Source: Chloroflexota bacterium (GTDB lineage Bacteria > Chloroflexota > Dormibacteria > CF-121). From it: a stretch of DNA of 64,000 bases. Each line of letters begins with the position of its first letter. Position 1 is the stretch's first letter. The notes below the pieces were generated by a model. That model saw only the letters and a list, made by a program, of their open reading frames with translations. It did not search any database and was not told where the DNA came from. The DNA lies in NCBI GenBank assembly GCA_005881215.1, contig VBDZ01000008.1, positions 2,275-66,274 on the forward strand. Direction: 5' to 3'. Shown one piece after another: positions 1 to 9,332 of this stretch. Made by a program: the position numbers and the translations under genes.

Positions 1-1816
1 GGCTGTGGAAGCGGATCTTCTTGAAAATGGTGGCGAGCGCCCGGATTTGCACTTCACCGTGGTGCACGGCCAGCTCCGCCGCCGGGCGGCTGGCGAACGT
101 CTCCAGCACTTTGATGCTGACCGCGAGGTTGGCGTCCGTGTAGTAGTCGACCTTGACCGGCCGCACGTACGCCTTCTTCTCTTCCCAATCGAGGCGATCG
201 ACATGGTATTGCATCCCTTCGTGGAGATAGATCGCCTCTTCGTGCAGAAAGACCTGAGCGGAAAACTGGTCCATCTCCCCGACCACGCTGGCGCCGCGGG
301 TGACGTCGACAATCACGACGTTGTCGGCGTTGGCACTGCGCAGGCTCACGCCTTCCGCGGGGAAGGCGTCCGCGCTCCAGTGCCAGGCTTCCCCGGCCTG
401 GTGGACGGCGCCATCCTCCTCGAGGATGCGGAGCAGCTCGGCGACGGGCGCTTCGCCAAAGGGCTCGCCCGCCGGTAGCGGCAGCTCGAAGGTCGCCGCC
501 TGCAGATGGGCGCTCAGGATCAGCAGGTTGTCGGGATCGATTAGTCCCTGCTCCGGATCGCGCCCAAGGAAGTACTCCGGATGGTTGACGAGGTACTGGT
601 CCAGCGGATTGCTGGACGCCACGTAAACCGCGGCCGCCGCCCCCCGCCGCCGCCCGGCCCGGCCGATCTGTTGCCAGGCACTGGCGATGGTGCCCGGATA
701 GCCGCAGAGGATCGCGGCATCGAGGTGGCCAATATCGATCCCCAGCTCCAGGGCATTGGTGCTGACCACGCCGCGCACCGAACCGTCGCGAAGGCCGTGC
801 TCGATCTCGCGCCGCTGCAGCGGCAGGTAGCCGCCCCGGTAGCCGCGGATGGTCCCGGTCTTGCCTAAGCGATTGGCGAGCGACTGTTGCAGGTAGCTGA
901 GCAGGATCTCGACCTGCAGACGGGTGCGGCCGAAGACGATGGTCTGCACCCCGCCCCGCAGGAACTCCTCTGCGATTCGCTGGCTCTCCAGCGTCGACGA
1001 GCGACGGATCCCGAGCTGCCGGTTAACGACCGGCGGGTTGTAGAACAGCAGCCGCTTCGGCCCGCTGGGAGCACCGTTGTCGTCGACCAGTGTCATCGAG
1101 CGGCCGGTCAGCCGTTCGGCCAGCTCCTTAGGATTGGCGATGGTCGCCGAGCAGCAGATCACGACCGGATGGCTGTCGTAGAAGGCGCACACCCGCCACA
1201 GCCGGCGCAGCACGTTCGCCAGGTGACTGCCGAACACGCCCCGGTAGGCGTGGAGCTCGTCGATGACGACGTAGCGGAGGTTGGCGAACAACTTCACCCA
1301 GCGGGTGTGATGGGGCAGCACCCCGGTGTGCAGCATGTCCGGGTTGGTGACCACGATGTGGCCGGCCTGACGAATCGCCTGGCGAGCGCTGACCGGTGTG
1401 TCGCCGTCATAGGTGTAGGTCTTGAGGTCGACCTTCATCTCGCCGACGAGGCCGTGCAGCTCGGCCAACTGGTCCTGGGCCAGCGCTTTGGTGGGAAACA
1501 GATACAGGGCGCGGGCTTCCGGATCGCGGAGCATCGCCTGGAGGACGGGCAGGTTGTAGCAGGCGGTCTTGCCGGAGGCCGTCGGGGTGACAACCACCAG
1601 GTCTTTGCCGGACAGTGCCAGACCGGTCGCCTGCGCCTGATGGGTGTAGAGCCGGGTGATGCCGCGGGCCGCCAGCGCCTGCCCCAGCCGCAGGTCGAGG
1701 CCCTCCGGGAAGCTCGCGTAGCGAGCCTGGCGAGCCGGCAGCGTGTGATCGAGGGTTAGCTGGCGGCGGAACTCATCCTGAGCGAGAAGCCGATCCAGTA
1801 CGAACTCGACCGACAT
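1..1816 (-). CDS. DExH-box helicase, YprA/MrfA-like; N-terminal ~605 codons only, gene runs off the left edge
   Basis: Hand translation of the minus strand from ATG 1816-1814 gives MSVEFVLDRLLAQDEFRRQLTLDHT.... Walker A is VVVTPTASGKTA and the DExH box is VVIDELHAYRG. It is absent from the ORF track because it has no in-window stop. The + strand ORFs listed here are shadow frames. Confidence 0.85.
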   Translation of the reverse strand, partial: MSVEFVLDRLLAQDEFRRQLTLDHTLPARQARYASFPEGLDLRLGQALAARGITRLYTHQAQATGLALSGKDLVVVTPTASGKTACYNLPVLQAMLRDPEARALYLFPTKALAQDQLAELHGLVGEMKVDLKTYTYDGDTPVSARQAIRQAGHIVVTNPDMLHTGVLPHHTRWVKLFANLRYVVIDELHAYRGVFGSHLANVLRRLWRVCAFYDSHPVVICCSATIANPKELAERLTGRSMTLVDDNGAPSGPKRLLFYNPPVVNRQLGIRRSSTLESQRIAEEFLRGGVQTIVFGRTRLQVEILLSYLQQSLANRLGKTGTIRGYRGGYLPLQRREIEHGLRDGSVRGVVSTNALELGIDIGHLDAAILCGYPGTIASAWQQIGRAGRRRGAAAAVYVASSNPLDQYLVNHPEYFLGRDPEQGLIDPDNLLILSAHLQAATFELPLPAGEPFGEAPVAELLRILEEDGAVHQAGEAWHWSADAFPAEGVSLRSANADNVVIVDVTRGASVVGEMDQFSAQVFLHEEAIYLHEGMQYHVDRLDWEEKKAYVRPVKVDYYTDANLAVSIKVLETFASRPAAELAVHHGEVQIRALATIFKKIRFHS

Positions 1817-1853
1817 GTCCCCGCATCTTAGCGAACAAATGTTCGGAGTGCAA

Positions 1854-1891
1854 CCCTACCCCCACCCCAACCCTCCCCCTCAGGGGGAGGG
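1854..1891 (-). repeat. Intergenic C-run/G-run hairpin repeat, copy 1 (G-rich strand is minus)
   Basis: Perfect 9-bp stem: ccctccccc (1871-1879), loop tca, gggggaggg (1883-1891). It is preceded by ccc-ta-ccccc-a-cccc. The reverse complement reads CCCTCCCCC-tga-GGGGGAGGG-tt-GGGG-t-GGGGG-ta-GGG, nearly identical to copy 3. An adjacent 7-bp hairpin aaggcgc-gaa-gcgcctt lies at 1895-1911. Confidence 0.7.
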
Positions 1892-1923
1892 AGGAAGGCG
1901 CGAAGCGCCTTTTCGGCTCCGCT

Positions 1924-2640
1924 CTAGTCGCGCAGCTTGAAGTACTTGAAGCCTTCGGCCACGGGAAACTGCTGGCCGGTCGCCATCTCGGCGGCCCGCT
2001 CGCGAATCGTCTGCTCGAGCTCGGCCCAATCGCCGACCTGACTCTTGTGTTCCTGCAACGCCTGGACCTTCAGCTCGATCGTGTCGCTGATATCGACCCA
2101 GGCATCAGGCTCGTTCGATCCCGTCAGGTAGATCTCCTTCACCTGGTGCGGCTCCAGGCCCTCGTCGAGCAACTCCGGAAACACGAGTCGCGTATCCGAT
2201 CCGGGGATGATCGCGTCCAGGGTCGCCTCGCCGGCGGCCCGGTGATCGGGATGGTTGATGTAGCGCTGCCCGGTCCAGCGGCGGGTAGGGTCGGGTGCGA
2301 CCACGACGTCGGGCTTGGTTCGCCGGATCCAGCGCGTGATCTGGCGGCGCAAGTCAAGCGTCGGCAGCAAAGAGCCGTCGTCATAGCCGAGAAAGAAGAC
2401 GTCCTTGACGCCCAGCTTCATGGCCGCCGCTCGCTGTTCCGCATGCCGGATCTGCGCGAGCCGCTCGGCGGTCATGGTCGGGTCACTGCTGCCGCGGTTG
2501 CCGTCGGTCAGGATCAAGTAGGTGACCTGGCGGCCTTCCCTCGCCCATCTCGCCACCGTCCCCGCCGCCCCGAACTCCGCATCGTCAGGATGCGCCATCA
2601 CGACCAGGACGCGGACGAGCCCGTTTGGTGACTGCGCCAT
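1924..2640 (-). CDS. PIG-L/LmbE family deacetylase
   Basis: In ORF 1924..2724; the likely start is ATG 2640-2638 (MAQSPNGLVRVLVVMAHPDDAEFGAAG). AHPDD and HPDH motifs are present. The start overlaps the upstream stop by 1 nt (TGATG). Confidence 0.8.
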   Translation of the reverse strand: MAQSPNGLVRVLVVMAHPDDAEFGAAGTVARWAREGRQVTYLILTDGNRGSSDPTMTAERLAQIRHAEQRAAAMKLGVKDVFFLGYDDGSLLPTLDLRRQITRWIRRTKPDVVVAPDPTRRWTGQRYINHPDHRAAGEATLDAIIPGSDTRLVFPELLDEGLEPHQVKEIYLTGSNEPDAWVDISDTIELKVQALQEHKSQVGDWAELEQTIRERAAEMATGQQFPVAEGFKYFKLRD

Positions 2641-3812
2641 CAGGCGGCGGGCGTCGGGATCGCCGTCGAGACTTCGTAGTCGACGAAATCCTTGAAGTGC
2701 GCCCCCTCGCCGCAGACCGGGCATTGCGGATCGCGCTTGAGCCGGAGGGTACGGAATTCATCAGTCAGGGCATCGATCATCAGCAGCCGCCCTATCAGCG
2801 GATCGCCGATGCCCAGTAGCAGCTTCACGGCCTCGTTGGCTTCGAATAGCCCGACGATGCCCGGCAGGATTCCGAGTGTGCCGGCCTCGTCGCAGCTCGG
2901 CGCCAGCTCCGGCGGCGGCGGTTCCGGAAAGACGCAGCGATAGCAGGGACCGTCAAATGGCTTGAAGACACTGACCTGGCCGTCGAACCGGAAGATGCTG
3001 CCGTGCACGACGGTCTTCTTCAAGAGCACGCTGGCGTCGTTTACCAGGTAGCGGGTTGGAAAGTTGTCACTGCCGTCCACGATCAGGTCGTAGTTCTCGA
3101 AGATCTCGATGATGTTCTCGCGGGTCAACCGCGTCTGATACGGGACCACTTTGACATCAGGGTTCAAGTCCTCGAGCGTCTGCTTCGCCGAATCGACCTT
3201 CGGTTGCCCGATCCGCTTGCTGTTGTGCAGGATTTGCCGCTGCAGGTTGCTCTCGTCGACCACGTCGGAGTCGACGATCCCGAGCGTGCCGACCCCGGCG
3301 GCCGCCAGGTAGTAGGCGGCGGGCGATCCCAGGCCGCCGGCCCCGATGATGAGCACTTTGGAATCGAGCAGCTTCAGCTGCCCCTCCTTCCCCACCTCGG
3401 GAATCAGCACGTGCCGGCTGTAGCGCTTTTGCTGCGCTGGGGTGAGATCACGCGGCACCACAAACTTGAAGCCGGCGTCCTTCCAGGCGCCAAAGCCGCC
3501 CTTCAACGAGGCCACACGCTGGAAGCCCATCTGCTGGAGGGTTTCGGCGGCGAAGGCCGAGCGATTGCCGGAGGCGCAATAGGCGACGATCGGCGTGTCG
3601 TAGTCCGGGACGTACTGCTCGACCCGGGATTCGAGGAAGCCGCGCGGGATATGGATGGCGCCGGGGATGATCCCCTGCTCGACCTCGTCCTGCTCTCGGA
3701 CGTCGATCACGACCGGCTGCTGCGCGCCGTTGCGCGAGGCGTCCAGCTGGCGCACGTCCGTCTCACGGATGCGCGATTTGACGCCCTTGAGCAACTCACG
3801 ATAGCTTGCCAT
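2640..3812 (-). CDS. Rhodanese-ThiF/MoeB fusion (MoeZ-type adenylyltransferase/sulfurtransferase with permuted domain order)
   Basis: 390 aa. N-terminal rhodanese domain with active-site loop CASGNR. It is followed by a ThiF domain (LIIGAGGLGSPAAYYLAAAGVG, NLQRQ), two Cys pairs (CYRC, CPVC) and SCDEAGTLG. Confidence 0.85.
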   Translation of the reverse strand: MASYRELLKGVKSRIRETDVRQLDASRNGAQQPVVIDVREQDEVEQGIIPGAIHIPRGFLESRVEQYVPDYDTPIVAYCASGNRSAFAAETLQQMGFQRVASLKGGFGAWKDAGFKFVVPRDLTPAQQKRYSRHVLIPEVGKEGQLKLLDSKVLIIGAGGLGSPAAYYLAAAGVGTLGIVDSDVVDESNLQRQILHNSKRIGQPKVDSAKQTLEDLNPDVKVVPYQTRLTRENIIEIFENYDLIVDGSDNFPTRYLVNDASVLLKKTVVHGSIFRFDGQVSVFKPFDGPCYRCVFPEPPPPELAPSCDEAGTLGILPGIVGLFEANEAVKLLLGIGDPLIGRLLMIDALTDEFRTLRLKRDPQCPVCGEGAHFKDFVDYEVSTAIPTPAA

Positions 3813-3860
3813 GGTGCTCTTAAGTCTACCCGCGATCAGCCGAATTCATTCCCGCCTAAC

Positions 3861-3895
3861 TCCCTCCCCCTTGTGGGGCGGGCCGGGGAGGGGGA
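3861..3895 (+). repeat. Intergenic C-run/G-run repeat, copy 2 (variant)
   Basis: tccctccccc (3861-3870), ttgt, then GGGG-c-GGG-cc-GGGG-a-GGGGG (3875-3894). Same CTCCCTCCCCC head and four G-runs as copies 1 and 3. It sits between the icd stop (3897) and the moeZ-like start (3812). Confidence 0.6.
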
Positions 3896-3896
3896 C

Positions 3897-5000
3897 CTAG
3901 ATCGTGGTCGGAGTACGAGCCGTCTCCAGCCGAGCAACGATCGCGTCGGCCACCTCGCGGGTGCCGACCGCCGTTGGGTCGTTTCGATCCGCCTTCATGT
4001 CATAGGTCACCGACTTGCCTTCGCGGATCGTCTCCGCGATGGCCCCTTCGAGCATGTTGGCGGCGTAGGTCTCTCCGAGGTGGTGCAACATCATGACCCC
4101 AGACAGCATCATCGCCATCGGGTTGATCTTGTTCATGCCGGCATATTTCGGCGCGCTCCCGTGGGTGGCCTCGAACAGGGCGATCTCGTCACCCAGGTTG
4201 GCACCCGGCGCGAGCCCCAGCCCGCCGACCAGCCCGGCGGCCAGGTCGGACAGGATGTCGCCGTACAGGTTGGGCATCACGATCACGTCGTATTCCCGCG
4301 GGTTCTGGACCAGCTGCATCGACATGTTGTCGACGATCCGGTCATTGAACTGGATGTCGGGATGCTCCTTGGCGATCTCCTCGGCAACTTGCAGGAAGAG
4401 GCCGTCGGTGTATTTCATGATATTTGCCTTGTGGACGGCGGTGACCTTGCGGCGGCCGTGGGTCCGAGCGTAATTGAAGGCGAAGTTAACGATCCGGGCG
4501 CTGGCCGTCACGGAGATCGGCTTGATGCTCAGTCCGGAGTCGGGCCGGATCGGCTTGCCGGTCGCGGCGCTGATCTCCTTGATCATCCGATCCGTTTCGG
4601 GCTTCCCTTCCTGGAACTCGATCCCGGCGTAGATGTCCTCGGTGTTCTCGCGGACGATGATCAGGTCGATGTTGTCGTAGCGCGACCGCACCCCGGGGTA
4701 ACTCTTGCAGGGGCGGACCAGCGCGTAGAGATCGAGCTCCTTGCGCAGAGCCACATTGACCGATCGGATCCCCTTGCCGATCGGCGTCGTCAGCGGGCCC
4801 TTGATCGCCACCTTGTTCCGGCGGACCGACTGCAGGACCGGCTCCGGCATCGGGGTGCCGTATTTCTCCATCACCCCGAGGCCGGCGTTCTGGACATCCC
4901 AGTCGAATTGGACGCCGGTCGCCTCCAGCACACGGCGGGTGGCTTCGCTGACTTCTGGACCGACCCCATCGCCGGGGATCAAGGTCACGCGATGCGGCAA
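3897..5000 (-). CDS. icd: Isocitrate dehydrogenase, NAD-type (isocitrate/isopropylmalate dehydrogenase family)
   Basis: 367 aa, TTG start. Motifs [25 protein letters not shown] and [14 protein letters not shown] are typical of the family. Confidence 0.8.
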   Translation of the reverse strand: MPHRVTLIPGDGVGPEVSEATRRVLEATGVQFDWDVQNAGLGVMEKYGTPMPEPVLQSVRRNKVAIKGPLTTPIGKGIRSVNVALRKELDLYALVRPCKSYPGVRSRYDNIDLIIVRENTEDIYAGIEFQEGKPETDRMIKEISAATGKPIRPDSGLSIKPISVTASARIVNFAFNYARTHGRRKVTAVHKANIMKYTDGLFLQVAEEIAKEHPDIQFNDRIVDNMSMQLVQNPREYDVIVMPNLYGDILSDLAAGLVGGLGLAPGANLGDEIALFEATHGSAPKYAGMNKINPMAMMLSGVMMLHHLGETYAANMLEGAIAETIREGKSVTYDMKADRNDPTAVGTREVADAIVARLETARTPTTI

Positions 5001-5044
5001 AACGTTTCCATCGTACCAGCGGGCTCTTACGTATCCTTATCTAT

Positions 5045-5533
5045 GTGGCGCAGGCGGAACTCCAGAGCAGCCCGTTCGAAACGCGGGCGCAGAGTCCGCT
5101 GGCCCAGGCCAACTACCGGCTCTGGATCGAGCATGCCCGGGCCGAGAATCGGCGCGAGCTGGAACGGCTGATCGCCACCCTCCACGAGGAGTGCGAGTAC
5201 GAGGTGATCCCGCTCGGCCGGCGCTGGCACGGCAAGGACGAGGTCCGCGAGTTCTACCGCGGCCTCTGGCGGGGCATCCCGAACGTCAAGCTGACGCTAC
5301 TGAACCGGGTCGACGCCGACGACTGCGTCGTGGAGGAATCGGAGATCTTTGGACGCATGGAAGGCCCGCTCTTCGACGTCGAGCCAAGCGGTCGGGACCT
5401 GCGTTACCGAGTGGTGATCTTCTTTCCCGTTCGCGATGGGCTCTTCACCGGCGAGCGGGTGTACTTCGACCTGGCTGAGTTCGCTCGCCAGGTCCCCGGC
5501 GCACGCTCGCTCCTCGAGGCCGCCGGCGGATGA
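5045..5533 (+). CDS. SnoaL/NTF2-like fold protein (function unknown)
   Basis: 162 aa, GTG start. The pattern resembles SnoaL-like polyketide cyclase/NTF2 family members. Its stop overlaps the pntAA ATG (ATGA at 5530-5533). Confidence 0.55.
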   Translation: MAQAELQSSPFETRAQSPLAQANYRLWIEHARAENRRELERLIATLHEECEYEVIPLGRRWHGKDEVREFYRGLWRGIPNVKLTLLNRVDADDCVVEESEIFGRMEGPLFDVEPSGRDLRYRVVIFFPVRDGLFTGERVYFDLAEFARQVPGARSLLEAAGG

Positions 5534-6634
5534 AAGTCGGCGTCGTCAAGGAGACCCTGCCGGGCGAGCGGCGGGTGGCAGTAGTTCCCGACACCGTGGC
5601 TAAGCTGGTCGCGGCCAAGCTCGAGGTGGCGATCCAGGCGGGAGCCGGCAGCGAGGCGTTTTATGCCGACGACGCGTATCAGAAGGCCGGCGGCACGCTC
5701 GTCCCCGAGGCCCGCGCCGTCCTCAGCCAGGCCGATGCCGTGCTCAAAGTGCAGCCGCCAAGCCAGGACGAAATCGGCGCGCTGAAGAGTGGCGCCATCC
5801 TGATCAGTTTTCTCCAGCCGTCGGCGCACGCCGACGTCGTCAAGGCACTGGCCGCACAGAAGGTGACGGCTTTCAGCCTGGAGCTGGTGCCGCGGATTAG
5901 CCGCGCTCAGAGCATGGACGCCCTCTCCTCGCAGGCAGGGGTTGCCGGCTACAAGGCCGTGCTAATCGCCGCCAACCGGCTGGGCAAATTCTTCCCCCTC
6001 CTGATCACGGCGGCCGGGACGGTCACGCCATCCCGCGTGCTTGTGCTGGGCGCGGGCGTCGCCGGCCTGCAGGCGATCGCCACCGCCCGCCGGCCCCGCC
6101 GTCAAGGACGAGGTCAAGAGCCTGGGCGCCAGCTTCGTCGAGCTGCCTTTGCAGGCGCAGGAGGGCCAGGGCGGCTATGCGGCTCAGCAGTCCGAGGAGT
6201 TCCTCCGACGGCAGCGTGAGCTGATCGGTGACCATGTCGCCGCATCCGACGTTGTCATCACCACCGCCGCGGTGCCGGGGCGCAAGGCGCCCATCCTCGT
6301 GACGAAAGACATGGTGGCGAGGATGCGACCCGGTTCGGTGATCGTCGACCTGGCGGCCGACACCGGTGGGAACGTCGAGCTCACCAAAGCGGGTGAGGCG
6401 GTGGTGAGCGGAGGCGTCACCATCGATGGTCCCCGAAATCTCGCCAGCAGTATGCCGGTCCACGCCAGCCAGCTGTTCAGCCGCAACGTCAGCACCCTGC
6501 TGCTCAGCCTGGTGAAGGACGGTCAGCCGAACATCGACTTCAACGACGAAATCGTGAAGGGGAGTTGCCTGACAAACGCAGGCGAGCTGGTCCACCCCCA
6601 GGCGAAGGCGCTGCTGGAGGCCTCCAAGGCATGA
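5530..6634 (+). pseudogene. pntAA: NAD(P) transhydrogenase subunit alpha part 1 (PntAA), disrupted by a deletion plus frameshift near 6093-6095
   Basis: Split between ORF 5530..6219 (MKVGVVKETLPGERRVA...VLVLGAGVAGLQAIATARR) and ORF 6041..6634 in the +1 frame (...PAVKDEVKSLGASFVEL...). The segment expected after the GxGxxG motif, carrying the conserved acidic NAD-ribose ligand, is missing. Confidence 0.75.
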
Positions 6635-6939
6635 ACAACGAGCTGCTCACCGAATTCACCTACTTCGTACTGGCCATCTTCGTCGGGATCGAGGTCATCT
6701 CCAAGGTTCCAACCATCCTGCACACGCCGCTGATGTCGGGAACCAACGCGATCCACGGCATCATCCTGGTCGGGGCGATCTTGATCGCCGCCAATGCCAC
6801 CAGCCCGCTCGAGATCATCCTCGGCTTCGTCGCCGTCCTGCTGGCGACCCTCAACGTGGTGGGCGGTTTCGTCGTGACCGACCGCATGCTCGAGATGTTC
6901 AAAGGCCGCCAGGCGCCCGCCAAACCGGAACCGAAGTGA
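6631..6939 (+). CDS. pntAB: NAD(P) transhydrogenase subunit alpha part 2 (membrane)
   Basis: ATG 6631 overlaps the pntAA stop (ATGA). 102 aa, hydrophobic: MNNELLTEFTYFVLAIFVGIEVISKVP...GGFVVTDRMLEMF. Confidence 0.9.
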   Translation: MNNELLTEFTYFVLAIFVGIEVISKVPTILHTPLMSGTNAIHGIILVGAILIAANATSPLEIILGFVAVLLATLNVVGGFVVTDRMLEMFKGRQAPAKPEPK

Positions 6940-8324
6940 CCGTCTGGATTGCGCTCGCCTACCTCCTGGCCGCCGTGCTATTTATCCTTGGCCTGAAGCA
7001 GCTCAGCAACCCGCGGGGCGCCCGCCGCGGTAACCAGACCGCCGCCGTCGGCATGGTGATCGCCCTGCTCGCCACCATCCCACTGCTGCACTTCACCACG
7101 GCCGGCATCGTCGTGACGTTCCTTGGCCTCGCGATCGGGGCGCCGGTCGGCGCCATCTCGGCACGCCGGGTGCACATGACCGCCATACCCCAGATGGTCG
7201 CCGCCTTCAACGGGGTCGGTGGTGGGGCGGCCGCGCTGGTCGCCATTTCCGAGCTCCTCCACCAGGGGATGCATCCCGCGTTCCAGCTCGCCTTTCCCAG
7301 CATCTTCTCCATGGTGGTCGGCGGCATCTCGTTCGCCGGCAGCGCCATCGCCTTCTCCAAGCTGCAAGGTCTGCTCACCGGGACGCCCATCACGTATGCC
7401 GGACAGCAGGTCGTCAACGCGCTGATCGCCATCGCGATCGTCGGGCTAGCGATCGCGAACCTCGCGATTGCGTCGCAGCCGATCCTGTTCGTGCCGTTGC
7501 TCGTCCTCGCCCTCGTGCTCGGCATCGCGTTTGTCCTCCCGATCGGCGGGGCCGACATGCCGGTGGTGATCTCGCTGCTCAACGCCTTCACCGGTCTATC
7601 GGTCGCCGCCAGCGGCTTCGTGCTCAACAACTTTGCGCTGATCGTCGCGGGGACGTTAGTGGGCGCCTCCGGGACGTTGCTGACCACGTTGATGAGCCAG
7701 GCGATGGGCCGCTCCCTCGCCAACGTGCTCTTCGGCGCGTTCGGCCAGGTCAAGGCCGGCGCCGGCGGCGCCGCGGCCACAGCCGAGGGCAAAAGCGTCC
7801 GGGCCGGCAGCCCGGAGGATGTCGGCACCATGCTGGCCTATGCCCGAAAGGTGATCATCGTCCCGGGTTACGGGCTCGCCGTCGCCCAGGGTCAGCATGC
7901 GCTGAAGGAGCTCGCCGACGAGCTGGAGAAGCGCGGCGTCGAAGTCGAGTACGCCATCCATCCCGTCGCCGGCCGCATGCCCGGACACATGAACGTGCTG
8001 TTGGCCGAAGCCAACGTCCCCTACGAACAGCTCAAGGAGATGGACGAGATCAACGGCGAGTTCCCCTCCACCGACGTGGCCCTGGTCGTCGGGGCGAACG
8101 ACGTGGTCAACCCGGCTGCCCGCAATACGCCCGGCAGCCCCATTTATGGGATGCCAATCCTCAACGTCGACCAGGCGAAGAACATCGTCTTCATGAAGCG
8201 GAGCATGCGGCCCGGCTTCGCCGGCATCGACAACGAGCTGCTCTACGACCCGAAGACGGTCATGTTGTTTGGCGACGCGAAGGACTCCCTGACGAAGCTG
8301 GTCGGCGCCGTCAAGGCCGCCTGA
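6936..8324 (+). CDS. pntB: NAD(P) transhydrogenase subunit beta
   Basis: 462 aa. GTG start overlaps the pntAB stop (GTGA). Polytopic N-terminus and a C-terminal dIII domain (VPGYGLAVAQGQH, HPVAGRMPGHMNVLLAEA). Confidence 0.95.
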   Translation: MTVWIALAYLLAAVLFILGLKQLSNPRGARRGNQTAAVGMVIALLATIPLLHFTTAGIVVTFLGLAIGAPVGAISARRVHMTAIPQMVAAFNGVGGGAAALVAISELLHQGMHPAFQLAFPSIFSMVVGGISFAGSAIAFSKLQGLLTGTPITYAGQQVVNALIAIAIVGLAIANLAIASQPILFVPLLVLALVLGIAFVLPIGGADMPVVISLLNAFTGLSVAASGFVLNNFALIVAGTLVGASGTLLTTLMSQAMGRSLANVLFGAFGQVKAGAGGAAATAEGKSVRAGSPEDVGTMLAYARKVIIVPGYGLAVAQGQHALKELADELEKRGVEVEYAIHPVAGRMPGHMNVLLAEANVPYEQLKEMDEINGEFPSTDVALVVGANDVVNPAARNTPGSPIYGMPILNVDQAKNIVFMKRSMRPGFAGIDNELLYDPKTVMLFGDAKDSLTKLVGAVKAA

Positions 8325-8354
8325 CCAACCACCCGCGATAGAATCCTCCAGCCC

Positions 8355-9332
8355 ATGGATATTGCCGTCGAAACTCGGGCGCTTCGGCGCGTCTACAAAA
8401 CCCGCAGCCAGGAGGTGGTGGCGCTCGATGGCGTCGACCTCCGCATCGGCCGCGGCGAGCGCTTCGGCGTCCTCGGCCCGAACGGCGCCGGCAAGACCAC
8501 CCTGATCAAGATCCTGGTGACACTCCTCCTGCCGTCATCCGGGGCCGCGTTTGTCGACGGCCTGGACGTGGTCACCCAATTCCGGGAGCTGCGCCATCGG
8601 ATCGCGATGGTCTCCGGTGGCGAGAACGTGGGCTTCGGCATGCTCAAGGTCAAAGAGCAGCTGTGGATGTTCTCCCAGTTCTACGGGATGCCAAGCAACC
8701 CGGCGAAGCGCCGCATCGCCGAGCTGCTCGAGCGCCTGGGGCTGAGCGACGCCGCCGACCGGCGAGTTTCGGGGTTATCCAGCGGCATGCGCCAGAAGAT
8801 GAATCTGATCCGGGGCCTGATCACGAACCCGCGCATCCTGTTTCTCGACGAGCCCACCGTGGCGCTGGACGTAGGAGCTGCCCGGGATGTTCGCGACGAG
8901 GTGCGTCGCTGGATGGCGGAGGATCCAACCCGGACCGTCATCCTGACCACCCATTACATGATGGAGGCCGACGAGCTCTGCGACCGGGTGGCGATCGTCA
9001 ACCGCGGCCGCATCGTCGCCCAGGGCACGCCGTCCGAGCTCAAGCAACAGGTCCAGCAGAATGCGATCGTCGATATTCAGCTGAGCCCGGGCCGTCGCCT
9101 GCTCGACGCGCTGCGGGAGGTCGACGGCGTTGCCGGGGCCAGCGTCGCCGAGCAAGACGGCATCGACCGGTTCACCCTCCTCCTCTCCAGCGACGCCGCA
9201 CTGGGGGGCGTCATGCGGATCGTCGAAGGCTCTGGCCGCGAGATTCGAGGCCTGCAGAAGCGCGAACCCACGCTGGAGGACGCGTTCGTCAAGCTAGTGG
9301 GTCGAGGCATGGCGGAAGAAGAGCAGGGATGA
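8355..9332 (+). CDS. ABC transporter ATP-binding protein (ABC-2/DrrA-like exporter)
   Basis: Walker A GPNGAGKTT, signature LSSGMRQK, Walker B ILFLDEPT. Confidence 0.9.
   Translation: MDIAVETRALRRVYKTRSQEVVALDGVDLRIGRGERFGVLGPNGAGKTTLIKILVTLLLPSSGAAFVDGLDVVTQFRELRHRIAMVSGGENVGFGMLKVKEQLWMFSQFYGMPSNPAKRRIAELLERLGLSDAADRRVSGLSSGMRQKMNLIRGLITNPRILFLDEPTVALDVGAARDVRDEVRRWMAEDPTRTVILTTHYMMEADELCDRVAIVNRGRIVAQGTPSELKQQVQQNAIVDIQLSPGRRLLDALREVDGVAGASVAEQDGIDRFTLLLSSDAALGGVMRIVEGSGREIRGLQKREPTLEDAFVKLVGRGMAEEEQG

Noticed and set aside
3003-5171. 722-aa + strand ORF spanning the moeZ-like and icd loci
   Set aside because: It is antisense to two well-supported minus-strand genes. Its composition is Arg/Gly/Asp/His-rich and low-complexity, with no motifs. 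This is a typical high-GC shadow frame.
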